From NCBI GenBank assembly GCA_964016885.1, contig OZ024742.1:244466001-244530000 (forward strand): a DNA stretch of 64,000 nt. The letters are read 5' to 3'. A program made the translations under genes and the position numbers. Positions within the stretch are counted from its first letter, which is position 1. Every line of letters starts with the position of its first letter. Source of the stretch: Eledone cirrhosa. Lineage: Eukaryota. Positions 59,540 through 64,000 of the stretch are shown one piece after another. The notes under the pieces were generated by a model. That model was not told the DNA's origin. It made no database searches and was given only the letters and a program-made list of their open reading frames with translations.

Positions 59540-61759
59540 CTCTTTGAGTCTCTGTCGTTGATGTTAGTTAACTGGAAAGTTTGTTGAGATGAATATCAAG
59601 CCACTACCTGCAGCCTCAGATATTCAGGACGTATCGGAGGGTTCTTGCTGTTCCCAGCAAGCATGCCTTTTGAAGCGTCCCAAAAAGCGTGAAGGGCCCA
59701 ATTTTCTATAACCATCCCTGGAAACTTTTTGAGATAGTCCATAGTGCGCCTATGCCAATCGGGATCACTTTAACTTAATGGCAATTCCTTTTTACCTCCC
59801 ACTTTAAGTCCTGGTATCGGTTAATTTTCTCCCTCTCCTTCTCTTGCACTCTCGTGTCGAATGGGCAGGCCACATCCACAATCAGGCACGATCTTTTTTC
59901 TTTGTCCAAAACCACCAGGTCAGGTCTATTGTGTTCCAGTTTCTTGTCCGTCTGTATCCTAAAATCCCACAGCACCTTCAACTGATCGTTTTCTATCACC
60001 GCTTCTGGCTTATGCTCATACCACTTCTCAGAATGTGGTAAATTGTTTACTTTGCATAGGTGCCAGTGGATCACCCTGCCCATCACATCATGTCTCCAGC
60101 CCTTATAGTGAGTCTGGGCTAGGTGTTTACACTCGGATACAATGTGAGCCACAGTCTCTCTCTCTCTCCACAGATCCTGCACAGTGGGCTAGCCTCCTCC
60201 TTGTAAATGTGGTGTTTCAACCACTTCGTTTTGAGGGCCTGCTCCTGCGCAGCCATTAACATTCCTTCTGTAGCCTTTTTAAGGTCTCCTCTTTTCAACC
60301 AGTTCCATGTCTGTGGATCTCTAAATTCAGTTTTCTCAAAGAAGGTACTATGAAGGGATTTTTCCTGAAGGCTGCTCTTTCTCCTTGATGTTATTTCCTC
60401 CTTGGACATCCCCTGGCCTATTGTCCCCTCCTTCAGTACAGTTCTGAGCATTGGCTCCTTACTATCAGTCACGTATTTGTGTAGGTTGTTTTTCTCCATC
60501 TGAACACAGTCCTCTATGCTGATAAGACCTCTTCCACCCTCAGATCTCCTTAAGTAGAGTCTATCGACATCACTCCTCTTGTGGAACATATTGTAGATAG
60601 TCAATAGCTTCCTAGTCTTCCTATCCATTTCCTTTTGTTCAGCAACATTCCATCTCAGAATTCCCGCACTGTACCTAATAATAGACACAGCTCGGGAATT
60701 TACTGCACTTATGGCATTCCTACTGTTCAGATGTGACTTTAATACGCTCCTTACTCTCCGAAGGTATTCAGTTCTTAGCAATTCCTTCATTTTTTTGTTC
60801 TTGATTTCATCAGCCTCCAGAAAGCCTAAATACTTGTATCCTTCCTCAGAGTCAATTTCTTTTATCATCTCACCTGTTGGTATCTGGATCCCGACTTCTG
60901 CTCAACTTACCCCTCCTCATCACAATGACTCCACACTTACTAATACCAAACTGCATACATATATCATTGCTGAAAATACGGACAGTGTCAACAAGCACAT
61001 CCAACTCCTTCTCACTCTTCCCGAAGAGCTTAAGATCATCCATGAAGAGGAGGTGATTGATGGTAAGCCCTCCCTTTCCCAACCTGTATCCTGCTCTCAC
61101 TTTTCGCAGTACACTGGTCAGGGGCATCAGGGCAAGGCCAAACAACAGAGGGGACAGACTATCTCCCTGGAAGATACCTCTCTTGATCTTCACACCTCCC
61201 AAGGATTCTCCAGTTGATGTTAACTCTGTTTCCCAGGACTTCATACTTTTGCCCAACAACTGCCTGATGTTATCTGCCACCTTGAAGATCTCCAGGCTTT
61301 TGGTGATCCAAGAATGAGGCACCATGTCAAATGTCTTTTTGTAGTCTATCCATCCAATGGCAAGACCAGTGTGTCTTCTCTTGCAATTCCTCATTACCAT
61401 CTTATCAATAAGTAACTGGTCCTTTGTACAACGTGACTTCTTTCGGCACCCTTTCTGTTCGTCCGGTAACAAGTTGTTTGTGTGGAGGTGATGGTAGATT
61501 TCCTCAGACATAATGCTTGTCAACAGTTTCCACATTACGAACAGACATGTGATAGGTCTATAGTTGGTAACATCATTACCCTTGATTCGGTCTTTCATTA
61601 TCAGAACTGTGGTACCTTTTGTCAACCACTCTGGCACCTCACTTGACATCAAGCAGTCATTGGACATGGTTGTCAGTTTCGGGTGGAGGGATGTTATGTT
61701 TTTAATCCAATACCCCTGCACACCATCTGGGCCAGGTGATTTCCAGTTGGTTAGTTTTT
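59510..61759 (-). mobile_element. 5'-truncated R4/Dong-clade non-LTR retrotransposon embedded in (TAA)n
   Basis: RT followed by a CCHC finger and a restriction-like endonuclease, then a short 3' UTR and (TAA)n at 59510-59539. (TAA)n is also present at the 5' junction, 61758-61803. Confidence 0.9.
59616..61757 (-). pseudogene. Frameshifted RT-zinc finger-RLE polyprotein of the R4/Dong LINE
   Basis: RT motifs: NWKSPGPDG, NYRPITCL, WIDYKKTFDMVPH, RGIFQGDSLSPLLF, HLLFMDDLKL, YKYLG. CCHC finger: CRIC..ETVAHIVSEC. RLE motifs: RHD, WDFRIQTD..NRPDLV..IVDVACP..EKINRYQDL. It ends QKACLLGTARTLRYVLNI*. Frameshifts lie near 60880, 60155 and 59780, and there is an internal stop near 59708. Confidence 0.93.
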
Positions 61760-61766
61760 ATTATTA

Positions 61767-61803
<37 letters not shown>
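61758..61803. repeat. (ATT)n microsatellite
   Basis: Seen directly; it separates the Dong element from the ORF1 element. Confidence 0.95.
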
Positions 61804-64000
61804 GGCGACCTACGTAGTAAAACGTATCATCGTGAGCTCCGCAAAGGTTTGTTATTTCCGTTTGTTAAAAATTACCATTTATGGAAAATTTTTATTGTTA
61901 ACTATATATAAGCGCACATACATTGTTTTCCCAAAAGGACACCCAAAAAGATTGGGGCCTTGTGCCCAAAATTTAAACTTTTATGATTATCAAAAAATTT
62001 CTTTGAAAAAAAAATGGCTAATTCACCACTGCACCAAGCAGCTGAAAGCCTTTCTCACAAATTAACACCTCACACCGACACCACCATTGTAAATGATACT
62101 ACGTCTGCCAACACACACAATTTAAGCACTAGCAATATTTTAAATTTGTCTCAGGCAGACATTCATTTCCCGCCATTACCAATGACTGCAGGTGTTAAAG
62201 CCGCCACCACCACCACCACCGCGACAACCCCCACCCCCACCACCACCGCGACAACAGAAACAAAAGGAAAAAATAAATCAACTCGTGATGTCGAAATATT
62301 TTCAACCAAAATGGACTCTCCCAAACCGAACTTCACTGACGTCACCACCACCACAACTGAAACTAAAATTAATAATAACAAAAATAACGATAGCAACAAC
62401 AACAACAATGACATTAAAAAAACCATCCTGAGTTTTGCCAGAGTAGCAAAACAGTGCGAAGCATATACGGTAACTCAGGAGGAATTAGAAAATGCCAAAC
62501 AAATGGTAAAGAAAGATGGGTACAGGGTCAGTCCCCCCACCTAATAAAATGGAGCATCGGCGCCTATGCACCGTGTCGTATCGAACAATAAATGTAAAAT
62601 CGCGCCGAGTGGAACGGGCATCCGAGTCCCAAATCCAAAAAGCTTTGGGACATGTGTGGGCAAGAAAAACCCACATCATACGTGGGCAGAAGTATGGAAC
62701 CGTGGACGTGTTCTTTGAAACACCAGAGGAGGCTAGAGAACACTCCATGGCCCCATTAAGAAGTGACGACTTCACACTCGTCCCAAGCTATTGTGGCCAG
62801 AGACTCGTAAAGATCAGGGTGACCACGTTCCACCGGCCATCGAAATTCCCTGGTTAATAGCGGCCGTCCTCGCCGGCATCGAAGCCAACACAAAGATAAT
62901 AGCAATAGCAAAAGAAAAGCAGGAGAACTGGTCCGGATCTGGGATGGAGCTCCTGATCCAAGCAGACCAAAAAAGCATTGAGGAGATCCCAGAGGTAATA
63001 GACCTCACTGACGGCAGCCACCTCACCGTAATTGTCGAGGGCAGAAGGCCTAGGTGTGTCGTTTGTGGTGAAGGAACCCACCTAAGGGCTTTCTGCCATC
63101 AGGCTAAAAGGTTGAGGCCACCTCTCCTACCCACCAGTAGTGACACAACCATCAACACCACCAGTAGCAGAGATGGCAGCAACAACTGTAGCAGCAACAA
63201 CAGAAGGAACTATAACAGTAACAACCCCAGCAACAGTAGCAAAACCAACACCACCACCACCAGCAAAACCAACACCACCACCACCCAACGCTTCAGAATT
63301 AATACCAGCGCCTACACCATCCACCACGCCACAACCAAAACTAACGCCTGTGGAGGATTTTCCACTCCCCGGCCTATCACAACTGGAGACAGATTGTGAC
63401 GACGAGGAGTGGGAAACGTTATCAGGAAAAAAAAAAGAAACCAAAAAAGAAAAAATTCTCTTCCTTCCCCCTCCAAAAACAAAATACAGAGGGAAACAAA
63501 TAAATTAACAAACAAAAAAGTTAGGACAGATATGCCACCATCCACACCAGCATCACCAACCCCATCAACCCAAACACCAACACCATCACCATCATTAACC
63601 CCAACACCACCATCACCTACACCACAAAAGTCACCAAAATGCGAAACAGAAACAAACCCACAACAAACGCAAACAAAACAAAACGACCAAAACGATACAC
63701 ACTACACAACATTAAATTTGAACAACAAGCAATTATTACACTACATCCAACACAACACCAGCATCACAGAAAAAGACTACACAACAACCCAAAAATTCAC
63801 ACCACCTCCACACATACAAATCACTCGCATCACACAGAAAACGTACATGACACTAAAACAAAAATTCCCCAAAGACATCGGAGACTTCCGACAAGCACTC
63901 TCCAGGAGGATTTATAAGGACATCCTTCCTGAGGAGGCCACAAGCAGTGAAAAGGATGGAAAAACCGTCCTTCCTCTACGAGAAGTAAGGTAAGTGGTCT
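61804..64000 (+). mobile_element. 5' portion (5' UTR + ORF1) of a second non-LTR retrotransposon, probably L1/Tx1-like, continuing off the right edge
   Basis: Unique sequence starts sharply after (ATT)n. A ~210-bp UTR precedes the ATG at 62014 and a gag/ORF1-like reading path. ORF2 is not in the window, so the clade is inferred. Confidence 0.65.
62014..63993 (+). pseudogene. Frameshifted LINE ORF1 (gag-like nucleic-acid-binding protein with CCHC zinc knuckle)
   Basis: Five overlapping ORFs (62014, 62516, 62791, 63140, 63409) join into one path: SFARVAK, RRM-like GTVDVFFETPEEA..LVPSYCGQRLVKIRV, then VIVEGRRPR-CVVCGEGTHLRAFC (CX2CX4HX4C), a Pro/Thr-rich linker, EEWETLSGKKK, and a C-terminal region ending TAA at 63993. 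Confidence 0.75.

Noticed and set aside
59844-63545. Antisense ORFs overlapping the two LINE coding regions
   Set aside because: Shadow ORFs with no independent motifs.

Overview
This is eukaryotic, gene-free, repeat-saturated DNA. The SINE, RTE and Dong/R4 repertoire suggests an octopod cephalopod (inference from recalled repeat families). Most of the window is an ordered series of tandem arrays: a 31/36-bp minisatellite (1-5.3 kb), an (ACACC/ACACT)n pentamer tract, CA- then TG-rich tracts, a polypurine tract, a 28-bp minisatellite (16.1-19.2 kb), a ~26-kb 35-bp satellite (19.9-46.3 kb) and a ~13-kb 48-bp satellite (46.3-59.4 kb). Inserted in these arrays are a TA-flanked fold-back MITE, a 5'-truncated RTE LINE end, four copies of a tRNA-derived SINE, and a nest at an (ATT)n tract. 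The nest holds a short retroposon 3' end, a 5'-truncated R4/Dong (RT + RLE) LINE and the 5' part of an ORF1 (zinc-knuckle) LINE. No intact host gene is supported, and almost all listed ORFs are repeat artefacts. The most notable observations are: (i) retroposon insertions repeatedly landing at ATTATAT in two unrelated satellites, with an apparent target-creation cascade at 59.4-61.8 kb; (ii) a 28-bp minisatellite apparently born inside a fossil Tc1/mariner transposase; (iii) an exact 89-bp inverted duplication hidden in CA/TG tracts.
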